DNA of 64,000 nucleotides from an uncultured Pelagibacteraceae bacterium (lineage in GTDB: Bacteria > Pseudomonadota > Alphaproteobacteria > Pelagibacterales > Pelagibacteraceae). Position 1 is the stretch's first letter; each line of letters opens with the position of its first letter. The notes beneath the pieces were generated by a model. It ran no database searches and was not told the origin of the DNA. It saw only the letters and a list, made by a program, of their open reading frames with translations. The stretch covers positions 1,271-65,270 of the forward strand of contig CACGHF010000001.1 of assembly GCA_902572775.1 (NCBI GenBank), read 5' to 3'. Both the position numbers and the translations under genes were made by a program. Below are positions 20,304-31,115 of the stretch, in pieces.

Positions 20304-21370
20304 TTTTTTGAAATTAATCTTTGTCTAAGATAATCAATAGGATAAGTTCGTCCATTTATATCACAGTGCCAAAAAGTCCATCCGTTGCAACTTTCAGCTC
20401 CTAAAATAGTAGCTGCAACTTTGTGTATAGAACCCTCTGCTTGATTATGTTTTATACTACCATCAGCCATAATTCTGGCTGTTATTTTTTTCTTATTATC
20501 AAAAATATTGGTTCCAGGTTTAATTATTCCAAGCTCAACTAATGAACCAAAAGGAATTCTTGGTTTTGATCTATTGTTTTTTAGCGTATCTAATAAATCG
20601 TCCTCAATTGGTTTTGTAGCTTTTATGCGTTGCTCAGCAGCTTTAAAATAATTTTTTTCTTTTTCTATTCCAAAATAATTTCTTCCTAGTTTTTTTGCTA
20701 CTGTAGCTGTTGTCCCTGATCCTAAAAAAGGATCAAGTATGAGGTCATTTTTATTAGATGTAGCTAGTAAAATTCTATGTAATAGTGCTTCTGGTTTTTG
20801 TGTAGAGTGAATTTTTTTTCCATCCTTTTTAAGTCTTTCAGAGCCATTGCATATTGGAAGATCCCAATTAGATCTCATTTGCAAATCATCATTTAAACAT
20901 TTTAAAGATTGATAATTGAATGTGTATTTTGATTTTTCACTTTTAGAAGCCCATATTAAAGTTTCATGAGCGTTAGTAAAACGTGTTCCTCTAAAATTTG
21001 GCATTGGATTATTTTTATTCCAAATGACGTCGTTTAAAATCCAGAAACCTAAATTTTGGATTGCTGTGCCAACTCTAAAAATATTATGGTAGCTTCCTAT
21101 AACCCAAATGGCCCCATCTTTTTTTAAAATTCTTTTACATTCACTAAGCCATTCATAAGTGAAATCATCATATTTTTTAAAATTTTCAAATTGATCCCAC
21201 TTATCATTTACCGCACTAACCTTTGATCTATCTGGTCTTGTTAATTCACTTTTTAATTGTAAGTTGTAAGGAGGGTCAGCAAAAATTAAATCAAAAGTTT
21301 CACGTGGAATTTTTTTTAATTCTTCGAGACTATCTCCATTAATTATTTTATTTTTGAAATCAGTTTTCAT
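20300..21370 (-). CDS. ccrM: CcrM-type DNA adenine methyltransferase (GANTC)
   Basis: DPPYNLQL, NPMPNFRGTRFTNAHET, HSTQKPE, LDPFLGSGTT, C-terminal CNGWTFWH; downstream of rnhB. Confidence 0.95.
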   Translation of the reverse strand: MKTDFKNKIINGDSLEELKKIPRETFDLIFADPPYNLQLKSELTRPDRSKVSAVNDKWDQFENFKKYDDFTYEWLSECKRILKKDGAIWVIGSYHNIFRVGTAIQNLGFWILNDVIWNKNNPMPNFRGTRFTNAHETLIWASKSEKSKYTFNYQSLKCLNDDLQMRSNWDLPICNGSERLKKDGKKIHSTQKPEALLHRILLATSNKNDLILDPFLGSGTTATVAKKLGRNYFGIEKEKNYFKAAEQRIKATKPIEDDLLDTLKNNRSKPRIPFGSLVELGIIKPGTNIFDNKKKITARIMADGSIKHNQAEGSIHKVAATILGAESCNGWTFWHCDINGRTYPIDYLRQRLISKN

Positions 21371-21474
21371 TTTTAAAAATTAATTAGACTCTAAATGGAT
21401 TCTTCGGTCAACCTGAGATTGAAAAATTTGGATTCGATTAGTGTTTCTAAATTAGAAGGTAACTAGATGTAGTG
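21371..21474 (-). promoter_or_regulatory. ccrM upstream region with three GANTC sites
   Basis: GACTC 21387-21391, GATTC 21398-21402, GATTC 21431-21435; TTCTAA-A-TTAGAA inverted repeat near 21445-21457. Confidence 0.7.
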
Positions 21475-22038
21475 TTAATTTATTTTAGATATAGGTGAAA
21501 AAGTTTTTCTATGATGTTTAGTAATACCTAATTTTTTCAAAGCTTTTAAGTGCTGTTTTGTTCCGTAACCAAAGTTTTTATCCCAATCATAACCTTTATT
21601 TTTTTTTGATAAGGTGGTTATAAACTTATCCCTTGATACTTTTGCAATTATAGAAGCTGCCGAAATAGAGGGGATTTTTTTATCTCCTTTAATAACTGAT
21701 TTTAAGTTATAATTTTCTAATTCTGGAGTTTTGTTTCCATCTATCAGAACGTGTGTTGGTTTTTTCTTAAGTTTTTTGATAGCTCTTTTCATAGCTAGCA
21801 AACTTGCTTGAAGTATATTCAGCTTTTCTATTTCTTTGACAGAAGCTTTGCCTATGGACCAAGTAGAATTTTTTTTTATATATGTACATAGATGCTCTCT
21901 CTCTTTTTTACTTAATGATTTTGAATCTTTTAATAACTTTTGATTAATTGATTTTTTTAAAATTACTGCTGAAGCATACACAGGTCCAATTAAACTTCCT
22001 CTACCAACTTCATCAACCCCTGCAATTATCTTCATCAA
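21475..22038 (-). CDS. rnhB: Ribonuclease HII
   Basis: AGVDEVGRG, DSK, IDGN, SAASIIAKV. Confidence 0.96.
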   Translation of the reverse strand: MMKIIAGVDEVGRGSLIGPVYASAVILKKSINQKLLKDSKSLSKKEREHLCTYIKKNSTWSIGKASVKEIEKLNILQASLLAMKRAIKKLKKKPTHVLIDGNKTPELENYNLKSVIKGDKKIPSISAASIIAKVSRDKFITTLSKKNKGYDWDKNFGYGTKQHLKALKKLGITKHHRKTFSPISKIN

Positions 22039-22754
22039 ATTTTTAACTTCAGGTCTTTAATCTTGTCTCTAATTTTCTTTAAATCTTCCCATGAGTATTT
22101 TTTATTTTCTGGAAAACGGATGAGATAAGATGGATTAAAAGTTATCATTAAAGGGAATGTTTTGTTTTTTAAAATCACTTCCTTCCAATGTCCTCTTTCG
22201 GCAGTTATTTTTTCGCTTATTCCTGTTATAGCCTCCATTGCTGAACTACCCATTAAAACGATAATCTTTGGGTTTATAATTGATATATGCTCTTTCAAAA
22301 ATACTGAGTACCTTTTAACCTCGGTTGAGGTTGGTTTTCTATCATCAGGTGGTCTAAAATTGATTGCATAACTTGTATAAATATTTTGCCTCTTAATATT
22401 GATGGCTATAAGCATTTTGTTAAGAAGTTTGCCAACTTCACCTCTAAATGGGACACCCAACTTTTCTTCTTCAGCCCCAGGGGCCTCTCCAATTAACATT
22501 AAAGGGCTATTTATATTTCCCTCACCTAAAATAATTTTGTTTGAATTTTCTTTCAATTTACAATTTTCAATTGAATTTATTTGATCTTTTAAATTTTTTA
22601 GTAATTCTTTTTTATTAGTTTGCAGAGTGCCATTTTTCGTTTCTAAAATATTAAATCTATTTATTGGCTTATCAGCGAATATAAATTTTGGCTCAATAGT
22701 ATTAATTAGTTCTTGGTTTAATTTGGTATTTTGATTTATCACTTTTTTAGTCAT
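22035..22754 (-). CDS. Uracil-DNA glycosylase family 4 (likely start MTKK at 22754)
   Basis: LIGEAPG, PFRG..GKLL, RPPDDRKP, TFNPSYL. Confidence 0.85.
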   Translation of the reverse strand: MTKKVINQNTKLNQELINTIEPKFIFADKPINRFNILETKNGTLQTNKKELLKNLKDQINSIENCKLKENSNKIILGEGNINSPLMLIGEAPGAEEEKLGVPFRGEVGKLLNKMLIAINIKRQNIYTSYAINFRPPDDRKPTSTEVKRYSVFLKEHISIINPKIIVLMGSSAMEAITGISEKITAERGHWKEVILKNKTFPLMITFNPSYLIRFPENKKYSWEDLKKIRDKIKDLKLKI

Positions 22755-22765
22755 AGTATGGTTAC

Positions 22766-24451
22766 ATGTTCCTAAAATTTTTAAAATTAGTACTATTAAT
22801 ATTTGTATCTTATCAGACACCTTTGTATTCTAAAAGTGCTACTTTTAATGATTTCAATTCAAGAGATTTGTCAAATTATTTTTCTGGAATTGTTGCATTT
22901 GAAAATCGAGATAATTCTGAAGCTTTAAAATTTTTTAACTTAACCAAAGTATTAATTAACAAACATGACAGTTATTTAAAAAGATATGTTAACTCTTTAG
23001 TTTTAGATAACAAAGTACCTCAAGCAATTAATGTATTAAATAACAATGCAAACAAATCTAATTCAGATTTTTATGATGCGTATATAATTTTAATAATTGA
23101 CAGTTTAAAAAAAAATAACTTTAAAAAGGCTGACGAATATTTAACACAAAGTTTAAAATTTCAAGATGAAGATAGAATAAACCTTGTTATATTTGAAACT
23201 CTAAAACAGTACATTTATACATTTAAAAATAAAAAAATATTAGATAACAAAAAAAATTTTGGAAGTCTGTCTCTTATAGCTGAGACATTCCAAAGATGTT
23301 ATATTGAAGATAAAAGAACTTCATCATTTTTTCTTAATTTAATAAATAATCAACAAGGCGACTATTCAAGGTACATTTTCTTTTATCTTAATCATTTAAT
23401 TAATAAAAATAAATTAAATGAAGCAAGATTAGTTGTTGAACAAATTGATTATATAAATTCAACACTTTTACTTTCACAAAGTAAAAGTTGGGTAGACAAA
23501 GAAAAATTCGATGATTTTGGAAAAATTTTTTCATGCAAAGATCATAATGATCTTGTAAGTGAGTTTTTATTTTTAATCTCTAATCTTTATTCTTCTCAGG
23601 ATAATTTTGAGAAATCAAATTTTTACTTAAATTTGTCAAACTATTTAAATCCCAAGTTTGAATTTAATTTGTCATTGGTTGCAGAAAATTTTTATCTCAA
23701 TGATGAATTTGATAAAGTACAAAGGATCTTAAAAAACTTTAAAAAAGAAGATGAATTTTATTATTGGTTTAGATTAAAAAAAGAAGCTAAAATAATAATT
23801 CAACAGCAGGATTATGAAAATGGAATTAAATACATAGATTCAAAATTTAATAAAATTGAAAATCCAAATATAAAAATGATTTTTGATTTAGCCAATTTTT
23901 ATAAAAATTCTAAAAATTATGAAAAGGCAATAGATCGTTATACAGAAATTATTTTAACACTGGATGACAATTCACTTATCAAATCAGATGTATTGTATCG
24001 TAGAGGCGGTAGTTATGAAAGAATGGGCAATTATGAAAAGTCAGATGAAGATTTATTGCATGCGCTTAAAATTGATCCTAGCGATGCATATATTTTAAAT
24101 TACCTTGCTTACTCTTGGTTAGAGCGTGATTATAAAATTAATGAAGCAATGGATATGTTGAAAACAGCATATGATTTAAAAAGCAATGATCCGTATATTA
24201 TTGATTCAATTGGATGGGCTTATTTTTTAATAGAGGACTATGTAGAAGCAGAAAAGTATTTAAAAAGAGCTGTAGAATTAATGCCAGATGACCCAATCGT
24301 GAATGATCATTATGGAGATATTTTATGGAAATTAAATCGAAAAATTCAAGCAAGATATTTTTGGAACAACGTATTAACTTTTGATGACACCGAAGACGAT
24401 ATGAGAGAAAAAATCAATATTAAAGTAATTGAGGGTCTTAAAAATTCCTAA
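22766..24451 (+). CDS. Exported tetratricopeptide-repeat protein
   Basis: Signal-like N-terminus, C-terminal TPRs (LNYLAYSW, YIIDSIGW, NDHYGDILW); conserved upstream of ispE. Confidence 0.9.
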   Translation: MFLKFLKLVLLIFVSYQTPLYSKSATFNDFNSRDLSNYFSGIVAFENRDNSEALKFFNLTKVLINKHDSYLKRYVNSLVLDNKVPQAINVLNNNANKSNSDFYDAYIILIIDSLKKNNFKKADEYLTQSLKFQDEDRINLVIFETLKQYIYTFKNKKILDNKKNFGSLSLIAETFQRCYIEDKRTSSFFLNLINNQQGDYSRYIFFYLNHLINKNKLNEARLVVEQIDYINSTLLLSQSKSWVDKEKFDDFGKIFSCKDHNDLVSEFLFLISNLYSSQDNFEKSNFYLNLSNYLNPKFEFNLSLVAENFYLNDEFDKVQRILKNFKKEDEFYYWFRLKKEAKIIIQQQDYENGIKYIDSKFNKIENPNIKMIFDLANFYKNSKNYEKAIDRYTEIILTLDDNSLIKSDVLYRRGGSYERMGNYEKSDEDLLHALKIDPSDAYILNYLAYSWLERDYKINEAMDMLKTAYDLKSNDPYIIDSIGWAYFLIEDYVEAEKYLKRAVELMPDDPIVNDHYGDILWKLNRKIQARYFWNNVLTFDDTEDDMREKINIKVIEGLKNS

Positions 24452-25297
24452 ATGAAAATTAATAAAATTAAATCTAATGCAAAGTTAAATTTAGCACTAA
24501 ATATCACTGGAAAAAAAAAGGTTTTACATAAAATTGAAAGTATAATTGGTTTCATAGATTTACATGATGTTATTTCGATAAATCAACATAATGGAAAAAA
24601 ACACCACATTTCTTTTTATGGAAAGTTTTCTAAAAATATTGGAAAAAAAAATACTGTTCAAAGATTATTTCAAATACTAGATAAAGAAAATTTATTAAAA
24701 AATAAAAAATTTAAAGTTAAAATTAAAAAATTAATTCCTCAAGAAGCTGGGTTGGGTGGGGGATCGATGAACGCAGCTAGTGTGTTTAATTATCTGGTTA
24801 AAAAAAAAATTATTAATCCTAATCATCAAAAAACTCGAAGTATCTGTGACTCAGTTGGTTCTGATGTTATTCTGGGAACTATTTCATCCAGCTGTGTATT
24901 GTCATCAAGTGGTAGAATAAAAAAGATTTATAATACTCCAAAATATTACTCTACTTTAGTAAAGCCTGATTTTGGGTGCTCAACTAAAAAAATATACTCA
25001 GCTGTTCGAAAGTATTCAAAATCAAAATATAACAAACCTAAAAAAAACATGTTTGGAGTAAAATATTTGATTGATCAACAAAATGCCCTTGAAACAATAG
25101 CACTCAAAAAATATCCAAAACTTAAAAAAATAAAGTTGTTCTTAGAAAGTATAAATAATCCATTATTTGTAAGAATGACTGGTTCAGGATCAACAATTGT
25201 TGCCTATTATAATTCATTAAAGAGTTGTAAATTGGCAAAAGCTAAATTTAAAAGAAAATATAAAAATTATTGGTGTGTTACAGCAAAAACTATATGA
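24452..25297 (+). CDS. ispE: 4-diphosphocytidyl-2-C-methyl-D-erythritol kinase
   Basis: AKLNLAL, IPQEAGLGGGS, GSDV, RMTGSGS. Confidence 0.92.
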   Translation: MKINKIKSNAKLNLALNITGKKKVLHKIESIIGFIDLHDVISINQHNGKKHHISFYGKFSKNIGKKNTVQRLFQILDKENLLKNKKFKVKIKKLIPQEAGLGGGSMNAASVFNYLVKKKIINPNHQKTRSICDSVGSDVILGTISSSCVLSSSGRIKKIYNTPKYYSTLVKPDFGCSTKKIYSAVRKYSKSKYNKPKKNMFGVKYLIDQQNALETIALKKYPKLKKIKLFLESINNPLFVRMTGSGSTIVAYYNSLKSCKLAKAKFKRKYKNYWCVTAKTI

Positions 25298-25330
25298 ATT
25301 TTATATTTTTATGTTATAGGAAGCTAGTAT

Positions 25331-25404
25331 TGGGGCGTAGCCAAGCGGTAAGGCACGGGTTTTTGGTACCTGCATCCTAGGTTCGAATCCTAGCGCCCCA
25401 GCCA
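25331..25404 (+). tRNA. tRNA-Gln(TTG)
   Basis: Hand-folded cloverleaf: TGGGGCG/CGCCCCA acceptor, anticodon TTG, TTCGAAT T-loop, encoded CCA. Confidence 0.97.
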
Positions 25405-25407
25405 TTT

Positions 25408-26682
25408 ATGAAAAATTTTTTAGATAAATTTTTTTCCAGATCAAAAAATCTTGATTATATCAGTCAAAATTTAAAACAAATTACTTTAACAACACCAGTA
25501 AATAAAATTTTTGAAGCAATTAATAATTTTTCAGAGAAAAGTGAAATCAGATATGTGGGTGGGTGTGTAAGAAAAGTGATAAAAAAAGAAAATGTTGATG
25601 ATATTGACCTAGCAACAAATTTAACTCCCCTGGAAGTTTGTGAGGCTCTTAAAAACAAACAAATAAGTTATTACGAAACAGGAATTGAACACGGAACTAT
25701 AACAGTAATAATTGATGAATATAAATATGAAATTACTTCTTTAAGGAAAGACGTCTCAACTGATGGAAGGCATGCTGAAGTAGAATTCTCTTTAGATTGG
25801 AAGGAAGATGCCTCTAGAAGGGATTTTACTATCAATTCAATTTATGCAGATGGTGATGGTAATTTATTTGATCCATTTAACGGTAAAAAAGATTTGGAGG
25901 ATGGTTATATTAATTTTATTGGCAATGCGGAAAAAAGAATTCAAGAGGATTATTTGCGTATTTTAAGGTATTTAAGATTTTATTTAAACTACTCAAATCA
26001 TGAGCACCAGCCAGAATTAATAAAAAATATAAAAAAAAATATTGATGGAATTTCAAATATATCATCTGAAAGATTAATCGATGAGCTAAAAAAAATAACT
26101 AGTTCAAATAGATTTTTAAAACTCTTCAAAGATAAAGAAAGTTTAGAACTCATAGAAATAATTTTCCCTCAATTAAAGAATATTAAAAATTTTAAAAAAC
26201 AAAATTCTTATGCTGCAGAGAATTTTTTAAAAATTGACTTTATATTCTTAATTGCGCTTTTAGTGATTGATGGGACTGATAATGCTGATTATTTTCTTTA
26301 TAAATTTAAAATATCTAACAAAGATAAGAAAAGATTAAAATTAATAGATCTTTTTTATAGAGAAAAAGTAACTTTAAACGACTTTACAGAGAAAAACTTG
26401 AATAAATTTTTTTATTTTAATGGGCGACAGGCTGTAATAGATATAATTAATTTTAAAATATTTATCTCAAACAAAGTAGAGAAAAAACTAATCAAACTAT
26501 TAGATACTTATAAAGAGAAAGTAATTCCAACTTTGCCAATAGGGGCCGATCTATTAATGTCTAAATTTCAAATTCCTGAGGGCAAAACTTTAGGTAATAA
26601 ATTAAAAAGGATAGAAGAAACTTGGGTTCAAAACGGATTTCAAATTTCAGATAAGCAGGTTCAACAAATAGTTAAAAGTTAA
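25408..26682 (+). CDS. cca: CCA-adding tRNA nucleotidyltransferase / poly(A) polymerase family
   Basis: [29 protein letters not shown]. Confidence 0.92.
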   Translation: MKNFLDKFFSRSKNLDYISQNLKQITLTTPVNKIFEAINNFSEKSEIRYVGGCVRKVIKKENVDDIDLATNLTPLEVCEALKNKQISYYETGIEHGTITVIIDEYKYEITSLRKDVSTDGRHAEVEFSLDWKEDASRRDFTINSIYADGDGNLFDPFNGKKDLEDGYINFIGNAEKRIQEDYLRILRYLRFYLNYSNHEHQPELIKNIKKNIDGISNISSERLIDELKKITSSNRFLKLFKDKESLELIEIIFPQLKNIKNFKKQNSYAAENFLKIDFIFLIALLVIDGTDNADYFLYKFKISNKDKKRLKLIDLFYREKVTLNDFTEKNLNKFFYFNGRQAVIDIINFKIFISNKVEKKLIKLLDTYKEKVIPTLPIGADLLMSKFQIPEGKTLGNKLKRIEETWVQNGFQISDKQVQQIVKS

Positions 26683-27155
26683 ATATATTTAACGTCTTTA
26701 ATTTCAAAATTTTTTACACCAGAGGGTGTATTTATTTCAACTAAATCACTTTTATTTTTTCCAATCAAACCTTTGCCAATTGGTGATTGAAAGAAAATTA
26801 GTTTTTGTTTTAAATCCGCTTCATCTTTTCCAACAATTTTATAATTAATTTTTTCACCAGTATCTAAATCTTCTAAATAAACTGTAGATCCAAAAATTAC
26901 TTTTCCTTCATTGTTTAGTTTTGTAACGTCAATAACATTTGCTCTTGCAATAATATCGTTAATTTCTGTAATTCTTCCCTCGTTATGAGATTGTTCTTCT
27001 TTAGCTGCGTGATATTCAGCATTTTCTTTAAGGTCTCCATGGGATCTCGCTTCAGCAATTGCAGCTACTATCTCAGGTCTTTTTTTTTCTTTTAAAAAAA
27101 CCAATTCTTCTTTTAGTTTATTTAATCCGTTTAATGTTATTGGCTCTTTATCCAT
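26679..27155 (-). CDS. greA: Transcription elongation factor GreA (likely start MDKEP at 27155)
   Basis: [28 protein letters not shown]. Confidence 0.96.
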   Translation of the reverse strand: MDKEPITLNGLNKLKEELVFLKEKKRPEIVAAIAEARSHGDLKENAEYHAAKEEQSHNEGRITEINDIIARANVIDVTKLNNEGKVIFGSTVYLEDLDTGEKINYKIVGKDEADLKQKLIFFQSPIGKGLIGKNKSDLVEINTPSGVKNFEIKDVKYI

Positions 27156-27159
27156 TTTC

Positions 27160-27987
27160 TTATTTCCATTTTGCAATCGGGGGTAATGACATCAAAATTC
27201 CTTCAACATTACCACCAGTTTGTAGCCCAAATTTTGTTCCTCTATCATAGAGCAAATTAAATTCTGCGTATCGACCCCTTTTAATATACTGAAACTCTTT
27301 ATCTTTTAAAGTCCATTTTCTTTTTAATTTTTTTTTAATTATTTCATTAAATAGCATTTGAAATGTAACACCAACATCTCTGACAAATTTAAAGTCATTT
27401 TCAAAATTATCATTTTTATAGTCAAAAAATATCCCACCTATACCTCTGGCTTCTTTTCTGTGAGGTAGATAAAAATATTCATCACACCACTTTTTATATT
27501 TTTTATAATAATTTTTATTATGTCTATCGCACATTGCCTTTAATATTTTATGAAAGTTTTTCTTCTCTTTTTCATCTTTTATTGCTGGGGTTACATCCAT
27601 ACCTCCACCAAACCAATTCTTTGTTGTACAAATAAATCTGGTATTAAAATGCATTGCAGGAATATGGGGATTTTGCATGTGCATAACTATTGATATTCCC
27701 GATGCCCAAAATCTAGGATCTTTACTTGCGCCTGGTATATTCTTTTGAAATTGTTTAGGAAATTTTCCATAAACTTTTGAAAAATTTACTCCTACTTTTT
27801 CAAAAATTTTTCCATTTTTAAGAATTCTATATTCACCACCACCCTCATCTTTTATACTGCTTCTATTCCAAGAAGTTGATTGAAAATTTAATTTGTTTTT
27901 TTCAATTTTTAAAATGTCGTCACATATTGCATTTTGTAATAGCTTAAACCAATTACTCGCTAAGTCTTTTTTAATTGAAATATCCAT
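27160..27987 (-). CDS. hemF: Oxygen-dependent coproporphyrinogen III oxidase
   Basis: [37 protein letters not shown]. Confidence 0.96.
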   Translation of the reverse strand: MDISIKKDLASNWFKLLQNAICDDILKIEKNKLNFQSTSWNRSSIKDEGGGEYRILKNGKIFEKVGVNFSKVYGKFPKQFQKNIPGASKDPRFWASGISIVMHMQNPHIPAMHFNTRFICTTKNWFGGGMDVTPAIKDEKEKKNFHKILKAMCDRHNKNYYKKYKKWCDEYFYLPHRKEARGIGGIFFDYKNDNFENDFKFVRDVGVTFQMLFNEIIKKKLKRKWTLKDKEFQYIKRGRYAEFNLLYDRGTKFGLQTGGNVEGILMSLPPIAKWK

Positions 27988-27988
27988 T

Positions 27989-28462
27989 TTATATTAATTC
28001 AATTTGACGCAAACTTTCCGCCAAAACAATGGCAACAGACGATGAAATATTAAGAGATCTTACTTGATTATTCATGGGTATTTTTAAACGATTTTTAATA
28101 ATCTTGTGAACCTTTTCGGGTACCCCGGCACTTTCTCTTCCAAACAAAATAGTATCATTAGGCTTAAATTTAAATTTAGTATAATTTATTGAACCCTTAG
28201 TTGTCATCAATACGATTCTCTGTTTTTTCTTTGCTTCAAAAAATTTTTCCGAACTTTGATAAAATTCTATTTGACTATAGTCCATATAGTCCATAACCAC
28301 TCTTTTAAAACGTTTGTCTGATAATAGAAAGCCACATGGTTCAATTATTTCTAATTTAGCACCCAAACAAGCACAGGTTCTTATGATTGCAGCAGTATTC
28401 TGAGGTATATCAGGCTCATACAAAGCTATTTTGGGTCCTAAAATTGTTGAATTCTGTGTCAT
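27989..28462 (-). CDS. trmL: tRNA (cytidine/uridine-34-2'-O)-methyltransferase, SPOUT family
   Basis: LYEPDIPQNT, FGRESAG, IPM...RSLN. Confidence 0.92.
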   Translation of the reverse strand: MTQNSTILGPKIALYEPDIPQNTAAIIRTCACLGAKLEIIEPCGFLLSDKRFKRVVMDYMDYSQIEFYQSSEKFFEAKKKQRIVLMTTKGSINYTKFKFKPNDTILFGRESAGVPEKVHKIIKNRLKIPMNNQVRSLNISSSVAIVLAESLRQIELI

Positions 28463-28555
28463 TCTTTCAGTAGTAAAATAATTATTTTATATTATATGAA
28501 TTCGTATATTAACTATTTTAAATCAAAAAGAGATAATAATAAAAGCTACTAAAAA

Positions 28556-29065
28556 GTGTCTGAAAAAAAAACAAAAAGAAGAGATTTTTTATTTACAGCT
28601 ACCACAGCGGTAGGAGCTGTTGGTGCCGCTGCAGTGGTGTGGCCAATGATAGATCAAATGAATCCAGACGCTTCTGTTAAAGCATTAGCTAGTACAGAGG
28701 TTGATGTAAGTTCATTAACACCCGGAAATACATTGACTGTTTTATGGAGAGGTAAACCAGTATTTATAAGAAGAAGAACCCAAGAAGAAATTGATGAGGC
28801 AAGAAAAGTTAAGATGGAAGATTTAATTCATCCAGAAAAAGATGAAGATAGAGCAAAAAATCCCGAGTGGCTTGTTATGTTAGGTGTATGCACACACCTT
28901 GGATGTGTACCCTTAAATGATAAAGGTGATTATAATGGTTGGTTCTGTCCGTGTCATGGATCTCATTATGATACTTCTGGAAGAATTAGAAAAGGACCGG
29001 CACCTTGGAATATGGAAGTGCCTAAATATGAATTCGTTGATGCAAACACAATTAAAATTGGATAA
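28556..29065 (+). CDS. petA: Ubiquinol-cytochrome c reductase Rieske Fe-S subunit
   Basis: Tat RRDFL, CTHLGC, CPCHGS. Confidence 0.98.
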   Translation: MSEKKTKRRDFLFTATTAVGAVGAAAVVWPMIDQMNPDASVKALASTEVDVSSLTPGNTLTVLWRGKPVFIRRRTQEEIDEARKVKMEDLIHPEKDEDRAKNPEWLVMLGVCTHLGCVPLNDKGDYNGWFCPCHGSHYDTSGRIRKGPAPWNMEVPKYEFVDANTIKIG

Positions 29066-29071
29066 AGAAAA

Positions 29072-30334
29072 ATGAGTGACCATGATTACAGACCAAAATC
29101 AAAGGTAGGACAGTGGTTTAATGATCGATTGCCACTATTAACTCTTGCAAATCATTTAACAGATTATCCGACTCCTAAAAATTTAAATTATTGGTGGACA
29201 TTTGGTGGAATTTTAACTTTTTGCTTAATCACTCAAATTGTTACAGGATTAACTCTTGCAATGCATTACATTGCTCACGCAGATATGGCTTTTGAAAGTG
29301 TTGAGCACATCATGCGTGATGTTAACTATGGTTGGTTAATTAGATACATTCATGCAAATGGTGCATCTATGTTTTTCTTAGCAGTCTACATTCATATTTT
29401 CAGGTCATTATTTTATGGTTCTTACAAAGCACCAAGAGAAATAATTTGGATAATTGGAATAATTATTTACTTGCTAATGATGGCGGCTGCCTTTATGGGC
29501 TATGTATTGCCTTGGGGACAAATGAGCTTCTGGGGAGCAACTGTAATCACAAATTTATTTAGTGCTATTCCATTAGTTGGAGAGGGTATTGTTACTTGGT
29601 TGTGGGGAGGTTATTCAGTCGACAACCCTACGTTAACTAGATTTTTTACTTTGCATTATTTAATTCCATTTTTAATTTTAGGTTTAGTTGTTTTACATAT
29701 ATGGGCTTTACATGTTCCTGGTAACAATAATCCAGTTGGAATAGATGTAAAAAAACCATCTAAAGACACTGTACCTTTCCATCCTTACATCGTTATCAAA
29801 GATGGTTTTGCTTTATTAATGTTCATGATTGTGTTTGCTTTCTTTGTATTCTACGCACCAAATATTTTAGGTCATGCAGATAATTATATCGAGGCAAACC
29901 CAATGGTAACACCTGCACACATTGTTCCTGAATGGTATCTCTTACCGTTTTATGCAATATTAAGATCAGTTCCTGATAAATTGCTAGGTGTTGTGGCTAT
30001 GTTATCTGCAATATTAATCTTAGCGGTTTTACCTTGGTTAGATACGTCAAAAATAAGATCCGCAGTATTCAGACCTTTATATAAACAATTTTACTGGATA
30101 TTAGTTGCTGATGTTTTGATACTGGGTTATGTGGGTGCGATGCCAGCTGAGGGACTTTACTTGTTGATAGCACGAGTTGCAACAGCGTATTACTTTTTGC
30201 ATTTTTTAGTTATTCTTCCTGTTTTAGGCTTTAAAGAAAAAACTTTACCAGTGCCTCTAAGTATTACTGAACCTGTTCTAGGTGGTTCACCAAATTTAGC
30301 TGCCGCCAGAAATAAAGAAAGTAAAATAGAATAA
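29072..30334 (+). CDS. petB: Cytochrome b
   Basis: [26 protein letters not shown]. Confidence 0.98.
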   Translation: MSDHDYRPKSKVGQWFNDRLPLLTLANHLTDYPTPKNLNYWWTFGGILTFCLITQIVTGLTLAMHYIAHADMAFESVEHIMRDVNYGWLIRYIHANGASMFFLAVYIHIFRSLFYGSYKAPREIIWIIGIIIYLLMMAAAFMGYVLPWGQMSFWGATVITNLFSAIPLVGEGIVTWLWGGYSVDNPTLTRFFTLHYLIPFLILGLVVLHIWALHVPGNNNPVGIDVKKPSKDTVPFHPYIVIKDGFALLMFMIVFAFFVFYAPNILGHADNYIEANPMVTPAHIVPEWYLLPFYAILRSVPDKLLGVVAMLSAILILAVLPWLDTSKIRSAVFRPLYKQFYWILVADVLILGYVGAMPAEGLYLLIARVATAYYFLHFLVILPVLGFKEKTLPVPLSITEPVLGGSPNLAAARNKESKIE

Positions 30335-30335
30335 G

Positions 30336-31115
30336 GTGAAAAATTTATTTAAATTATTTTCTATAATAATCTTAATTATTACTTCAAATTCATATTCTCT
30401 TGCTGCTGAAAAAGTAGAATATCTAAAAACTGACTGGAGTTTTAAGGGTCTATTTGGAAAATTTGATAGAGCTTCTCTTCAAAGAGGTTATCAAGTTTAT
30501 ACTGAAGTATGTGCCTCATGTCATTCGATGAAGTATTTAAGTTATAGAAATTTAGCAGAGCCAGGAGGGCCAGAATTCTCTGAAGTTCAAGCTAAAGCTA
30601 TAGCAGCTTCATTTGAAGTAACTGATGGTCCAAATTCTGATGGTGAAATGTTTACAAGACCAGGTAAATTATCTGATAAATTTGTAATGCCATATGACAA
30701 TGTAAAAGCTGCCCAAGCGGCAAATGGTGGTGCATACCCTCCAGACATGTCTGTTTTGGTTAAAGCTAGAGGAGGCGGTGTTGACTATATCTATTCCTTA
30801 TTACAAGGATATGAAGAAGCTCCTAGTAATGTATCTTTAGATGATGGAGTTTATTACAATAAATATATGTATGGCAATAAAATTAGAATGGCTTCTCCAT
30901 TATCAGATGGATTAGTAGAGTATGGTGACGGAACAAATGCAACAGTAGAACAGATGTCAAAGGATGTAACGACTTTTTTAATGTGGTCTGCTGAACCTCA
31001 TTTAGAATCTCGTCATCAGATGGGCTTTAAAGCGATTGTTTATTTAATTATTCTTACAGTTTTAGTTTACTTTAGTATGAAAAAGATATGGTCACGTGTT
31101 GAATCTGAAGTTTAG
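30336..31115 (+). CDS. petC: Cytochrome c1
   Basis: RGYQVY.EVCASCH heme motif, PPDMS, C-terminal TM. Confidence 0.97.
   Translation: MKNLFKLFSIIILIITSNSYSLAAEKVEYLKTDWSFKGLFGKFDRASLQRGYQVYTEVCASCHSMKYLSYRNLAEPGGPEFSEVQAKAIAASFEVTDGPNSDGEMFTRPGKLSDKFVMPYDNVKAAQAANGGAYPPDMSVLVKARGGGVDYIYSLLQGYEEAPSNVSLDDGVYYNKYMYGNKIRMASPLSDGLVEYGDGTNATVEQMSKDVTTFLMWSAEPHLESRHQMGFKAIVYLIILTVLVYFSMKKIWSRVESEV

Noticed and set aside
20300-21370. Methyltransferase read as part of a restriction-modification defence system
   Set aside because: Sequence and rnhB context match the orphan CcrM, and no endonuclease is adjacent.
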